Source of the DNA: Neoechinorhynchus agilis
Taxonomy: Eukaryota > Animalia > Acanthocephala
NCBI GenBank assembly: GCA_051530055.1
Contig: CM121342.1
Span: 3,285,489 to 3,349,488 of the forward strand
Direction of reading: 5' to 3'
Length of the DNA stretch: 64,000 nt
A model generated the notes under the pieces. It saw only the letters and a list, made by a program, of their open reading frames with translations. It ran no database searches and was not told where the DNA came from. Positions 46,173 to 59,350 of this stretch are shown here, piece by piece (position 1 is the first letter of the stretch; each line of letters starts with the position of its first letter). The position numbers and the translations under genes were made by a program.

Positions 46173-46781
46173 AGATAGCAGATAATTAATTACACCAAAG
46201 TAAAACATCTTAGTTGGCAAATCGAGTGGTCTGCAAATTATGGAATCAAGCGGCGTGTTGACTTCTCCTTTTTTATAAGCGTGATTTACCAAGTTAATAA
46301 TTTGAGTATTGAGAAGCCATAACTAAAGGAACTCAATGAATCCGCCCACTTTAACATCTTTGGAAAAACGAATTGGAAAAAATACACAAAAAAAGAGTTA
46401 ATTCGCTTGAATCTGTAAACTGAATCTTCTATAAATATGCCATTTTTAAAGTCTCCTACAAAGAGAGCTCTTCAACAAAGGTAATATCCTTTTTTTGTAG
46501 TTATTCGGCAAACCTTGATAATGTCGGAATTATCGGACGAAATATCAGCAATAAATCAGTCAATTTAAATTCGGGCGTGAAATTTTTCAATTGAAAAAAA
46601 GGTTTTATTCGGTCGATTACGATTGCCATAACTTTAAAACTTTCTTATCTTATTCTCTTAAGACAAAAATATCCGTTATGTATTTACCTAGGAAGTTTCG
46701 TTTTCGGATAAAAGAAAAGGCCAACATACGAGTATTTTCATTTTTATCCACACGATCCAACGTCGTAAACACTTGCAAACA

Positions 46782-46859
46782 GTGAGTATTGGCGAAAAGC
46801 GAAAGCCCAGTGATGACCGAAGGTGCGATTGCATCTCAGAGGGCACAAAAAAATGAAAG
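46782..46859 (+). ncRNA. Candidate kink-turn structured RNA, family Y copy 3
   Basis: Core 46805-46844 identical to the other Y copies. Confidence 0.45.
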
Positions 46860-48114
46860 ATAATCAACGGAGGGGTTTTAGCGCAGGTGAAGATTTTTCA
46901 ATTTTCTGAAAAGCGTTCACGTTCATTTTAAAAAGGGGAAAAAATTTTGTTATCAATCTCGGTCGGTCCTGAAACCGAGATCGTCAGAGTCGAATATTCC
47001 GACGGATTCAATCGATGATTTTATCAATTCAAGTATAAAAACCTCAAAAACGACCGATGGAATTGAGATAATCGAAGGTGAACATTGTCTCTATCGACTG
47101 AGAAAAAGATTAATAATCTAACCGATGGATACGACTAAAGAATTTAGGCGAACAAAAAGTTTTTAAAAACTTTCACATCTCCGCTTCGGTCTTTTTTTGT
47201 AGTGGTCGAAAGGACGAATTCAGCGTTTCTCTGAGATCAGTTTTTTGCGTATAACATTAATCCGCAATCGTGGAATACGCAACGCAAACAATTACGTCAC
47301 TTCGAAAGCATCCATAGGCGAGGGAGGGGCGATAATCTCGTTTTTGTGTTCGAGATTTCATCTGCGACCTAGAAATTTGCTTTTGTTTTTGCTTAATAGT
47401 CCACAAATTCGATGCCAAGAAAAGTTTACGCTTTATCGTTTTCTTTTGATGATAGTCAAAGATGAGCTTATTAATGGATTTACGGGAAAAACGATATTTA
47501 CAAACTTTCATCGAAAGATAGGCGATCGTTTTAAAGAAACGTCTTAAATTTTCGGCTGAATCAACGAGATGCAGATTTCTCAAGATAATTCTCCATCGCC
47601 TTCACAGATACCAAATATTCGTCAAAGGTTTTCTCTTTCTCTTGAAAAAAAACCCTAGACTAACAAATCAATCGATATTGTCAGTTATTGTAAATCACGC
47701 AGCTTTCAAAAGGTCAATTCTGAAAATATTTCATGTTTGCGAATCCGATGAAAAAGACGAAGTGAAAATCGAAGAGTTTATGGATTTTCCTGGTAAGGAG
47801 AATCGGGGCGATTCAATTTCTGAGGTCCTCAAAACCAATAAAAATGACGCAGCGACTCAGACGTTGGGACAACGACCATTTAGATTTAAATCTCCTTTGG
47901 AGTTAATCAAAAACATTGATGTGAATTATTGAAATTTGAGAAAGTTGGATGAGAATGTTTTAGATGCAGCGGACAGGCGACTGTACGCCATGGTAATGGC
48001 GCAGCAGACAAACCAACATGGAATCGATTTTTCTCAAGAATAAATTATGTAAATGCTTTTTTGGCTTAAGATAGCCGTTAAATTTTATCCAAGGTTGCTT
48101 TCGAGTGGTTTTCA

Positions 48115-48575
48115 ATTTTTATTAATGGCGAATTTTTACCACCTCGAGAGTAGAGAAATTTATTTTGAATTTTCGAGGCCTTAGCCTCATCAGACATCTA
48201 AAAGGGGGAATTCAGTTAGACGCCATCCAATCTCGCTATCTGGATTCAAGAGCGCGGGATCGTTGGTCGCTACCATAACTAGTCGCCTATGTAATTGGTC
48301 CTCGACCTTAGCGAACCTTGCGCTATCGCGGAAACGATATTTATCGAGATGGAAGAAATGGTGGAGGGTAACGAAACCAATTTCGCATAGAACCCACCAA
48401 TAAATAATCTCCGTCGTAGACCAACGATCCCGCGGTCCTGAATCCAGATAGCGAGATTGGATGACGTCTGACTGAATTTCCCCTTTTAGATGTCTGATGA
48501 GGAGGCTAAGGCCTCGAAAATTCAAAATAAATCTCTCTACTCTCGAGGAGGTAAAAATTCGCCAATAATAAAAAT
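48115..48575 (-). mobile_element. Fold-back PLE remnant, copy 2 (inverted relative to 4619-5080)
   Basis: Same arms and core; ORF 48190-48525 (-) ends ...HRRLVMVATNDPALLNPDSEIGWRLTEFPLLDV*. Confidence 0.65.
48494..48523 (+). ncRNA. Minimal hammerhead ribozyme-like motif
   Basis: CTGATGA-G-GAGGC-TAAG-GCCTC-GAAA-ATTC. Confidence 0.55.
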
Positions 48576-48664
48576 AGAAGTTAAAGTCAATATTTTATGA
48601 AGTTGAGTTTCTTGTCTTTATGACTGGGTCTCTAAAACGAACTAGGATTTGAGCAACTAAAAAT

Positions 48665-51130
48665 CGGTCAGTTTCTTCCACCGCCGTCCCCTCGCTCCAC
48701 TCGGGACTTTAGCGTCTCAGCAAATCACGACTCGCCGCATGTCGCACAGCCCACGCCCGACGCTGCTGACGCAAACGGATCACGAGACGACCGCCGCTGC
48801 AAATTCAGAAATTCAACTTTGGTCCGAAGGACCTGTAGAGAACAAGCAGCAAACGGAAATTTTACTTACTCTGGGCGCTGAGGCCAATGCTGCCCGAGAT
48901 CCGCAGACCAAAATTAGGAAATTGGGAGAATTTTGGACTCGCGGCTCAAGGGATTACCGACGTGTTAGTTCCGGCCTTCTACTAGCAAACACTGTTCCTC
49001 AGCTCAATGAACCTCGTCAGAACATCAACCCTTCGTTGCTGGAGATCGTGCCCTGCCCAGAAACATCCTGAAAATTATCCCGAAGGGCGTTCGATTCAGC
49101 TGAGTGAATGTCTCGAGACAAATACCGAAATATCTTGGACAAGCCTTTTCGCATTCCCGAGACTGGTGCTCTGGAGTACCACCTGACGTGTCCCTTGTTA
49201 CCCTCGTCCAAAACCGGGTGTCCTCCTTCGATAATTCGTTTGTAGAGGTCCTACGCAAAGCTCACGTTTTTAGGGGAGATTTTTCAAAGCCACCGAATCC
49301 GAGCCGAGTTTCAACCCGTTCAATGACCCAGAGACTGTCTTCTAAAGTCGTCGATGGTGATGTGAGAGGCGTGGTTCACATTCTATCATCCACCAACGAA
49401 TTTGCAAGAGATGATACGAAAACTCACCAACTTCTCAGAGAGAAACATCCTTGACCCACTGGTCATCTAGGATATTCGGAGATGATCCAATGGTGCACGC
49501 CATTAGAATTTTCGGTTGATGTTGTTAAGAAAGCCGTTTGTTCGTTCTCAAATGAGTCAACCGATGGGCTCGACCGGCTTCGGCTCAGCACCTAAAGGGC
49601 ATGATGTCCTTCTCCGTGGATGATCCATCCCATGTTCTCCTGAACGCCTTGACTCGGTTAGTCGGCGTTTTCTCTGGAGACAACCTGTCCCCCAAAGTGA
49701 TCGAATTGTTTTCATGTGCTTCCTTCCGCGCTTTAGAAAAGAAGGACGGTGGGATTTGTCCCATCGAAATTGGCTCTACATTGAGACAACTAGCAGGGAA
49801 AGTGATTTCTCGGCGAGTATCAGAAGGCGTTGCTGAAATTCTTTGTCCAGTTCAACTAGGCTGCTGCACTCCTTGTTGGGCGGAAGCCATAGTCCACGCA
49901 ACTCCGTACATTTGTTATTGAGAACGCCAAACCGTGTTTGATCCTGAAAGTAGATTTCCGGAACGCCTTCAATTCCGTTAATCGCAACTCGCTCTTAAAA
50001 GCTGTCAGAGATCACGCACCGGAGGCTCACGAGTATTTTAGAAATTCGTACTGAACTGCGACCCCTCTTGTATTCAACGATCACATCATTCCTTCCGAAA
50101 GAGGCGTTCAACCGGGAGACCCATTAGATCCCATTGGTTGCGCGCTCACAGTGAGCTAATTTGCACATTCTCTTGATGCCGAATTCAATGCCTGGTACCT
50201 GGACGATACTACGGTGGGAGGCGATGGACCTGGAGAAAATCAAGATGGGGACAAGCATGCTGTTCATTGAATTGAACACAGAAAAGTGCGAAATTCTAGT
50301 CCGTAACACAGAGGGCGGCCCTGCAAAAGACGTAATAAAGCGTAACTTTGAAAATGTTGCACCCGGGATAGAAATAATCGACCTTGACCGGCTTAAGCTT
50401 TAGGGCAGTTGCGTCTTTGATAGGAATGCAGAAAACTTAATTAACAACCTTCTAAAGAAGTTATCGGTGCCTTGCGATAGCGCCTGTGAGCTTGGATCAC
50501 ACGAGGCTCTGTTCTTGATAAAGTACACCCTCTTCATCCCCAAGTTCCTTTATGTTCTACGCACTGCCCCGTTTTTCAAGCACGAGGTTCAGCGTGGCAA
50601 ACTAGATTACAGATTGAAGGACTGTCTCGAGCAAGATTTAAATGTCCAGCTGCCAGAAGAGGCATGGCGACAAACATCCTTGCCTGTATCTTCTGGCGGG
50701 TTGGGTATCCGGAAAACAGCAGACATATTTCTGCCCGCATTTTCAGGCTCCTATGAGGGAAGCGCAGTTCAGCGCTTTTTGAAATTTACTTATCATTTTG
50801 ATAGGCATTTTGAAGAGGGACTCAGTGAGTGGTGTAAACTGACCAACTCCGGTCAAGTAGCTGTGAATGGCCAAAAACAATCTGTGAGGGTTCGACCTCT
50901 CGTCGCAAGTGTTCAAGGCTCTCTCTTATTAGACTCAAGCGACGACGTTGTCCGTGCCAGGTTGTCACCAGTCTCCAGTCGAGAATCAAGTGCTCGATTG
51001 AACGGGGTCCCGTTGCCATTTGTGGGTATTCTACTCTTCGACCAGGCAGTACGGGTCGGAGTTTCAATGAGACTGGGACTACCGATGTGTCATCCCCACC
51101 GATGCCGCTGCGGTACAAATGTGGATTCGT
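48665..51130 (+). mobile_element. CRE-like family A, longest copy, degenerate, 3' end replaced by RTE2
   Basis: Continuous from the N-terminal region through RT (AWYLDDTT) to CRCGTNVDSS; many frameshifts. Confidence 0.88.
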
Positions 51131-51430
51131 CGAGGACTACAGAGGTATATCCTTGATGTGCAACACGGCAAAACTTTTCAGCAGCATTTTGAGACGCCGA
51201 ATTCAGCAAATCCTCGAGCCGTTTCTAAGAATTGATCAGAACGGCTTCAGGAAAGGTCGAGGCACCACAGAGCACATATTGGCTTTGAGGATGATCCTCG
51301 AGGAGGCACGAATTCATCAAACGGATGTGACGCTTGTATTTGTTGATTTCCGTCGAGCTTTCGATTCGCTAAATCGAACGATGATTGGCGGTATCTTAAA
51401 GGAGTATGGAGTGCCGCGGATCATGCACTA
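51130..51430 (+). mobile_element. RTE2 RT fragment fused to CRE-A
   Basis: DYRGISL...FVDFRRAFDSLNR; junction at AGGAC 51133-51137. Confidence 0.85.
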
Positions 51431-51680
51431 AATTGTAAAGACCTTTGGAATTTGTTGAAGAAACAAAGTCAAATGAAACGTTAATGTAATCGTTCCGGCG
51501 AAATGCTAAAGCTATAAAACCTTTTGCATAAATGCAAAAATTGGTTTTTGGAAATATGAATTCATTTCCTTCAAGATGTCGATGCTTCGCGGTCACATTG
51601 ACATCTTCAATGTTCATTTTCATCCCGAATTGTGGAATTGAGACAAACAAAGATCTTCATCGATGGATACAAAAAATTTT

Positions 51681-51762
51681 CTTTTATTTTTTCGGTGCCC
51701 TCTGAAGCGTCCGCTCGGACACTGTACTCGTCATTGGGCTTTGGCCTGAGGCCGCAACTTAC
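51681..51762 (-). ncRNA. Candidate kink-turn structured RNA, family X copy 4
   Basis: Core 51697-51739. Confidence 0.45.
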
Positions 51763-52124
51763 TGTAAATTGTTTCGAGATAGAAGTGAAAGTTAGAAAGC
51801 TGTTTTTCGCAGTGAGAGTTCGTTAGCGAAAATCGATGCTCTTTTGATGTTCTTTGAAAAGTGAGCCTTACCTTAACTCACGGAGAAAAACTTCTTGCGC
51901 TCTTCGCTATCTATTATCTCGTCAATAAACACCTTACCTTGAAAGTTGCGGCGAATTCAACAGAGCTTAAAAACTAAAATTATGCTTAATTTTTCCGTCG
52001 AATACAAGGCTCTATGAATCTTTGCTAAAAAAAAGTGAGTAAAATGTAAAAATCGTTAAAATAAATCGTGCATTCATAGATTAACTTCATTAAGGTTGAG
52101 TCAAGAGTTTCCATCGCAAACTCT

Positions 52125-52775
52125 ACTTATTGTACAACAACATTTCTTTGAACTTTTCTCTCACTTGAGAGGTCGTTCTTTTCAGCATTGTCGTTTTTAG
52201 TTTTTTTCTCCTTTCCCAGCGTCTTGAAATCTCCGCTCACACTGTCCTCCCACCTCTTCTTGGGCCTCCCTCTTCTCGTTTTCCCCTCGAGTTCGATTCT
52301 CCATGCGCTCTTCACCCAACTCTTTGTCCGATCTCTGGTTCGAGCTCGCTGCCCAAATATTTGAAGGTGTTCATCTTTTTGATGTGAGTTCCTTGCATAT
52401 CGAGGTTACCCGGCCCCATTTATTTCGTTTTGCGCCTGCTCACTCTCAATCCTTTGCTCTCCAATCGTTGTCGCCAACTCTTCAGCAAACTCTTGAGCGT
52501 GCCCACGTCCCTAGCTGTGAGCACCAAATCGTCCGCGAATAGTGTCGTCCATGGCGGGTTCATTTCTCTTTCCGCATTTCCTAGGACGTCCATCACGATC
52601 GTGAACAAGAATGGGCTCAGGGCCGAACCCTGTTGCAGACCCACGGAGACTCGGAAATAGTCGATGGTTCCGCTGTGGCATCGCATGCAGGTGTAGCATT
52701 CTCGATAAATCGCTCGGATCGCGGCGACATAATGTTCGGGACAATTCCTTTTTCTGAGGCAAAGTTCAGCTCATA
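52125..52775 (-). mobile_element. RTE1 fragment (same internal deletion as 5680-6330)
   Basis: Reverse complement of the 5.7-6.3 kb copy. Confidence 0.85.
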
Positions 52776-53289
52776 ATGGCTGTAAAGGATCAAAGATGCT
52801 AAATGGGACCGGATATGCTCCAAGAAAAAAAAATTCGGCATCTGCTATACACAGTCTCCAATTAGCAGCATTATGCCCACTGGAACCAAATGCAACTCAA
52901 GTCATCACTCGCACCTACGCCTATGCTTTTTCGAGGCAATAAAAGAAGTTAACGATATTTTACAGGACATTTCAGGTCAATGGTCTTTCATAGAAAATAA
53001 CTTAAAGACCGCTTTTTCAGACACATCAGAATATTTCATAACCGAACACCAACGCTTGAAAGGGCTTTTTCTACAGCCGATCGACAGCATTTTATTAAAA
53101 ATCAATAGAGACTTCTTGTTCGAAGAATGAAGATCAAAATAATCAAGATTCCATTGATCCGTGGCCTCAAGCATTGATGTGAATTATAGAGATTTGAGAA
53201 AATTGGATGAGAATGTTTTAGATGCAGCGGACAGGCGACTGTACGCCATGGTAATGGTGCAGCAGACAAACCAACATGGAATCGATTGT

Positions 53290-53612
53290 GAAAATCAGCC
53301 GGCAGATTCGCAAGACATGGTGCTGAGCCGGGCACTTGTTACGCGTTGACGACGGACGTAAACCTGATTGGGTGACCGCATTTCCGTGGCGGAAAACTAA
53401 ATGCCACCTCTGGGGCGCCATTTCTGTCGATATACTCGCAGCCAGCAATCTCACGTTCTCGGTTGTTGAGCGCTGCGGAAGGAGGGAAAACGGCGAAATA
53501 CCTTGATTTAGCCCGGGTTCATGTGTTTGTGCCGTTTCGGGTTGCGACCTACAGATCTCTTGGTAGCAAGGCTCTTCAACTCCTGAGGGATGTGAAGCGA
53601 CGCCTTCAGCCG
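53290..53612 (+). mobile_element. Deleted 3' fragment of CRE-like family A
   Basis: Matches 27230-27540. Confidence 0.75.
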
Positions 53613-54599
53613 AGTGTAGACCTAAACAATAATTCCTGATGCTTTATTCTTTGGACGTAAATATCGGCAGCTAAGCCAAATGCGACATTTTGTGTTTAAT
53701 GGACTTTTGTTTTCCCAGTAATCAAAAGCGCAATGATCTTCATTCGCAAAAATGATCTAAAATTACAACTAAATTTTTTTGAAAAATACAAACATACTTA
53801 TAATTTTTGATTTACCATCGTCACGGAAAAAAGAATTAAATTCTACAAAATATCATTTTATATTATCCAAGTTTGCATAAAAATCATTTGGAATTTAAAT
53901 AATTGAAAAACTGCGTTTAATTTCCTCTTGATAAAGACGACCAATTCAAATTGAGTAAAGCAACAATTCTATATCAAATCTGTTTTCGGATTCTCGATAG
54001 CTGTAATGGTTCTTTAGTTATTTGGTGTAACATTTTGAGACCTACTACCTTGATTATTGATATGAAAACATCAATCAATTTAAGATATAATTAACTTTTC
54101 TAGATCTACTTTTGACGCTGAATTCACCTGAAATAACGGTTTGATGTTGCTTGTTAAATTTTGACACTTAATTTTGAGGATTGAAGTTCATAAAAGACAG
54201 CTAAGTTAAATCTGTTGTGCTTGAAAGTAGTTACGAAATAGTAAGACATTTCGAGCATATCTAAAACGCTGATTTCAATGGTGTTATCTGATTTTAATGA
54301 TTCTTGCAAATTTAGTGATTTTTCCCTCTTGTGAATATTGGCAAAATATGACAATGCGATTTCCGATGCGAATATTACGGCTGTAGTGTACGGAATCAGA
54401 TGATTTAGTACATCTTAACGCGGGAATCAGCGCGTTAGGATGTACTAAATTAGCTTAAATCCTGAACTACAGCTGCGACCAGGTTAGTTAATTTTAACAG
54501 TTGCTTGCGGGCTGATATTTGCAAATTTTCGAGTGGAAAATTGGAAAACTTAAATAAGATGATAGCTGCAGCATCAAGGCGGCATAGACCGTCGAAAAC

Positions 54600-56030
54600 G
54601 GCGCAGTCATTTTATCGTAGTGCAAGAATTGCAGAGGAAGGGTGTAATGAAGGTTTGCGGGGCCGGTGGATGATTCGATTTTACAAAGAAATATTTATTG
54701 AAAATATTAGGAGAGGTAGACTGATAATAAGTGAGACTAGAGCCTTTTCTAAGAATTTCTGGAGTGTTATTCTAAATAGAAAGAGAACGGACTGGAAACT
54801 AAAAGCCTAAGATTGATTTGGGTCAGTCTCGTATCCAATAGTTGTGGAGCAAATTTTTTTGAATCATATATTTGGTATATCCTTAAAACCTACTTTTATT
54901 CCTTCGGATAATTTCTCTCCTAGATGGAATTGCGAAATTAAGAAGTTTTTAGATTTTTGGAAGGCGTCTTCGAAAGCATCAAACGAGTTGTCGGTATCAT
55001 CGAAGATTTTTTATTAGATGTAAAAATCGAGATATTGAAGCGTGTGCCTAATCGTGTAACTTTTGATGATTTATGCAAGATTAATATAGTGAGGAAGGCC
55101 ATCATGCCTAAAATTAAAGGAAAGATTAAATCTCCGAGTGATTTTAGGTTTATATCGATTCAAAACCCCATCATTTCTCTTATGGAGAATGTAATAAACG
55201 ACGAATTAATGGGGATTCTCAGTAGAAGGGATCTTATTCCGAAGTGTTTTCGTGGTTTTGTACCTGGAAAGGGAGTGGGGACACTAATTAATGATCATTT
55301 GTTGCATTTGTCAGCTGATTTTCTCGACCGGATGTGTATTTTACTATTAGATGTGCATTAGCAATTTCGGCGGGATGGTTAAGGTTAATAAGGTTTTATT
55401 ACAGGTTGACGTTAATAAGACGTTGGACACTATTAGCAGGAATTTTTTATATAAGACTTTTTTAGACTTGAAGCTCCCCAAGAAGCTTCTTGGTCATATT
55501 CAGTTTTTAGTGGAATCAAAGGCATATCTTTTAGAGGTTGATCCGTTGAAAAGTCTTTTTTATTCTAAGTTAGGGGTTCCACAGGGTTCACCATTGTCCC
55601 CGGCATTATTTTTAATTGGCATGATTGGTATTCTAAGGAAACTGAAGAAGTTATCCAGAGTGAGAATTTTATTCTACGCAGATGATATTTTCTTTTTATT
55701 TTTCATAAGAAAAAAGAAGTTTTATGTTGCATAGTGGATTCGGTGCTGTATAAACTTGACGAGTGCATCTACATTTCTCAAAGTTGCATTAATTGCGAGA
55801 AGGATCAGGTGGTAGGGTGTGATGGTATGTCACCCTGTGGAAATTATGAAGACGATTCTGGCTGGCTCATTCTGTTTTTTTGGGAGAGGAAGGCCGCCTG
55901 AGTTGCGGATTAATTTTGGCCTCTTGTTTATAAAACGAGTATGGAAAGTTTTGAAAGATTTGGAAACATCAATAAGAGAATCGGTGGAATCGTTTTTATG
56001 GCGTATTTTTATAACAAAGATCTATTGATA
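54600..56030 (+). mobile_element. Degenerate non-LTR retrotransposon RT of a further family (clade not assigned)
   Basis: IMPKIKG...SDFRFISI, FRGFVPGKG, QVDVNKTLDTISR, GVPQGSPLSPALF, FYADD; frameshift near 55355 and stop codons. Confidence 0.8.
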
Positions 56031-56039
56031 GTTGCAACC

Positions 56040-56597
56040 TTATTAACCTCCCCGGTGACTGATTTATTTGTACGAATTTTCGTCTGAATGGAGACCTCTT
56101 CAGGTATCCAGAATAGTACATGGTGAGTGTAGCTTGTTGGGCAGAATTCGGGTGCCCGGGGTTGTTAGGCCCGCGGGTGATCTATCACCCCTCTGAGCAG
56201 GTCTTAGTTTATATGGAATCTTCAGCTTCCAGCTTGAGGTATTTCCCTCCATACAGTTGTTGTTTATCATTACCGCCTCTTTGATTACCCTCTTTTTCTA
56301 GTCACTCTCGATCAAGATCTGATGAGCATCCTCAAATCCGATCTCATGATTCGTTTTTTACAACATGATTATTGATGGCGGATGACGTATCTGCTCTGCG
56401 CACACAATATTTATGCTGGTCAATGCGCTTTTTAGTCTTTGACTTGTTTGTCCAACATAATATTTTCCACATTGTCTGCATGGTACTTTATAGATTATAA
56501 TTTTATCCTCTTGTTTTGGTTTCTTTTTGAATACACCCGCCAACTTCGTTGCTGCTTTAGAATATATTGACACCGAATGGGTCTTGCATCTTCTTAC
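56040..56597 (-). mobile_element. PLE 3' fragment (GIY-YIG C-terminus and pseudo-LTR); same family as 11731-13450
   Basis: 56335-56597 is the reverse complement of ~13180-13437 and continues ...HEIGFEDAHQILIESD*KKRVIKEAVMINNNC..., then a hammerhead and AATAAA. Confidence 0.88.
56071..56106 (-). ncRNA. Minimal type I hammerhead ribozyme in the PLE pseudo-LTR
   Basis: TAC-CTGAAGA-G-GTCT-CCATTC-AGAC-GAAA-ATT-C-GTA: stem I TAC/GTA, stem II 4 bp, palindromic AATT stem III, predicted UUC cleavage site. Confidence 0.7.
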
Positions 56598-56599
56598 GA

Positions 56600-57390
56600 C
56601 CTTCAGCCGCATAAACCTTAGGGCAGTTGCGTCTTTGATAGGAATGCAGAAAACTAAAATAACAGCCTTCTAAAGAAGTTATCGGTGCCTTGCGATAGCG
56701 CCTGTGAGCTTGGATCACAAGAGGCTCTGTTCTTGATAAAGTACACCCTCTTCATCCCCAAGTTCCTTTATGTTCTACGCACTGCCCCGTTTTTCAAGCA
56801 CGAGGTTCAGCGTGGCAAGCTAGATGACAGATTGAAGGACTGTCTCGAGCAAGTTTTAAATGTCCAGCTGTCAGAAGAGGCATGGCGACAAGCATCCTTG
56901 CCTGTATCTTCTGACGGGTTGGGTATCCGGAAAACAGCAGACATATTTCTGCCCGCATTTTCAGGCTCCTATGAGGGAAGCGTAGTTCAGCGCTTTTTGA
57001 AATCTACTTATCATTTTGATAGGCATTTTGAAGAGGGAATCAGTGAGCGGTGTAAACTGACCAACTCCGGTCAAGTAGCTGTGAATGGCCAAAAACAATC
57101 TGTGAGGGTTCGACCTCTCATCGCAAGTGTTCAAGGCTCTCTCTCTTATCAGACTCAAGCGACGACGTTGTCCGTGCCAGGTTGTCAGCAGTCTTCAGTA
57201 GAGAATCAAGTGCTCGATTGAACGCGGTCCCGTTGCCATTTGTGGGTATTCTCCTCTTCGACCAGGCAGTGCGGGTGGGAGTTTCAATGAGACTGGGACT
57301 ACCGATGTGTCATCCCCACCGATGCCCCTGCGGTACAAATGTGGATTCGTCAAGGACTACAGAGGTATATCCTTGATGTCCAACACGGCA
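56600..57390 (+). mobile_element. CRE-A fragment with the CRE-A/RTE2 junction
   Basis: Matches ~50400-51170, including the tcgtcaaggactacag junction. Confidence 0.85.
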
Positions 57391-57642
57391 ATCGCGGAAA
57401 CGATATTTATCGAGATGGAAGAAACGATGGAGGGTAACAAAACCAATTTCGCATTGAACCTACCAATAAATAATCTCCGTCGTAGACCAACGATCCCGCG
57501 GTCCTGAATCCAGATAGCGAGATTGGATGACGTCTGACTGAATTTCCCCTTTTAGATGTCTGATGAGGAGGCTAAGGCCTCGAAAATTCAAAAAATAATC
57601 TCTCTACTCTCGAGGAGGTAAAAATTCGCCATTAATAAAAAT
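57391..57642 (-). mobile_element. Half of the fold-back PLE remnant, with an intact hammerhead-like motif at 57560-57589 (+)
   Basis: Reverse complement of ~4619-4870. Confidence 0.65.
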
Positions 57643-59054
57643 AGCCGTTAAAGTCAATCTTTTATGAAGTTGAGTTTCTTGTCTTTATGACTGGGTCTCT
57701 AAAACGAACGAGGATGATTTCTAAAGTTATCAGGCGTTTTATTATTGAACAAAGAAACGGAACGAGGTACCTTTGGGTCCTCTTAAACACCTGAGTCATG
57801 ATAAAATAAATGAATTCGGTTTATTGATTTCGGAGTGGATTACGAGTTTGGTCGGGTTGAAAAAGTTGGTGATTATCGTTTGTAGGTGAATTTGTAAGGT
57901 AGAGTCTTTCCTTCGGTTCATTTCGATATCCGTGAGAAGATTTGGCAGTATGGAAAATGGAGTGGAGGAAGATGGATCTGCGAGGTTGAAGGAGGATGAA
58001 AAGAATTGCAATTTCGGGGGTTTTGCTCGTTCGGGGAATAAAATGAGGTAAAAATTGTGGTGTTGAAATTTATTAGCGTTTATATTGTCGGTTAAAAATC
58101 TTACAAGGGTATTATTCGGTGAATGCAAGCGAACTTGAATTTAACAAAAATCATTTGTAAACATATTTAAATTTTGTGCTTAATTGTTCGATTGCTGCCT
58201 CCAATTGCTCTTTTTTTGTACCGCGTTTAAAGTTCAATTTGATGAATAAAAATGTCTGGTCAGGAATTTAAAATACGGCTTCCAATTCGAATGGGAAGTG
58301 CAACGTCTTGACCATAGAAACAAAACTTGAAATTATAATTTAAACTCCTATTGCTTTGGTGCTAGATCGTATTTTGTTAATATTAACTTGCAATTTTATT
58401 CATCGTCTTGTGTGATATTCATTTTCCTTCATAGTTGTCTCTTTTCGAAAAACTTATTCTTCGTCGTCGCATACTTTTTTGAAGACCTTCTGAATCGTTT
58501 CTTAATAGTCTCAAGATAATGAGCATTTATTGAAACCTGCTATTTATCATTATGAAATAACATTTTTCACAGTTTTAAACTCTAAAATAATTAAGTTCTC
58601 TACAAAACGTTCAGGCGCTTTTCATTTGCCTCATTTCAAAGCGAGAGCTGATGTTTTATTCTTTGGACGTAAATATCGGCAGCTAAGCAAAGTTCGACAT
58701 TTTGTGTTTTATGGACTTTGGTTACCGCAGTAATCAAAAGCGCAATGATCTTCATTCGCAAAAATGATCTAAAATTATAACTGATTTTTTTGAACAATAT
58801 AAACAAACTTATAATTTCCGATTTACTATCGTCGCGGAAAAAAGAATTAAATTATACAAAATATCATTTTATTTTGGTCCAAGTTTCGAAATTAAATAAT
58901 TGAAAAACTGCGTTTAATTTCCTTTTGATAAAGACGACCAATTAAAATTGAGTAATGCAACAATTCATTACATCCAAGTAATGAATTTCATCTTATGAAC
59001 ACAGCGTATTAAACCACGAAATTTTATTGAATACTTCGAATGAGCAGTGGCCAA

Positions 59055-59127
59055 CCCGAGATAGCTCAGTTGGTAGAGCGGAGGACTGTAGATGCTTAGG
59101 CCGCTGGTTCAAATCCGGCTCTCGGGA
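59055..59127 (+). tRNA. trnY: tRNA-Tyr(GTA), intronless; G-G mismatch in anticodon stem
   Basis: Same cloverleaf; anticodon 3' strand TGCTT. Confidence 0.9.
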
Positions 59128-59350
59128 ATGAAACGGCGATTAACGTTCCAATAGCGATTTAAGTGAACTCGAAACCGAGATCGAATTCGATGCATAGCTA
59201 AAATTAAACATCGCACCAAACAATTTTATTTTTCACTTTCGAAAAGTCTTATTAACTTTTCTCGTTCGATGTGAACTTAACCGCATTTTCACTAATGTTG
59301 TTTTCTATTAGGAAAGACAATTTCTTGCTGTTGCTCGGTGCAAATTCTAT

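Noticed and set aside
56315-56345. CTGATGA on the + strand as a hammerhead
   Set aside because: There is no stem II/GAAA. It is simply the antisense of PLE coding sequence.
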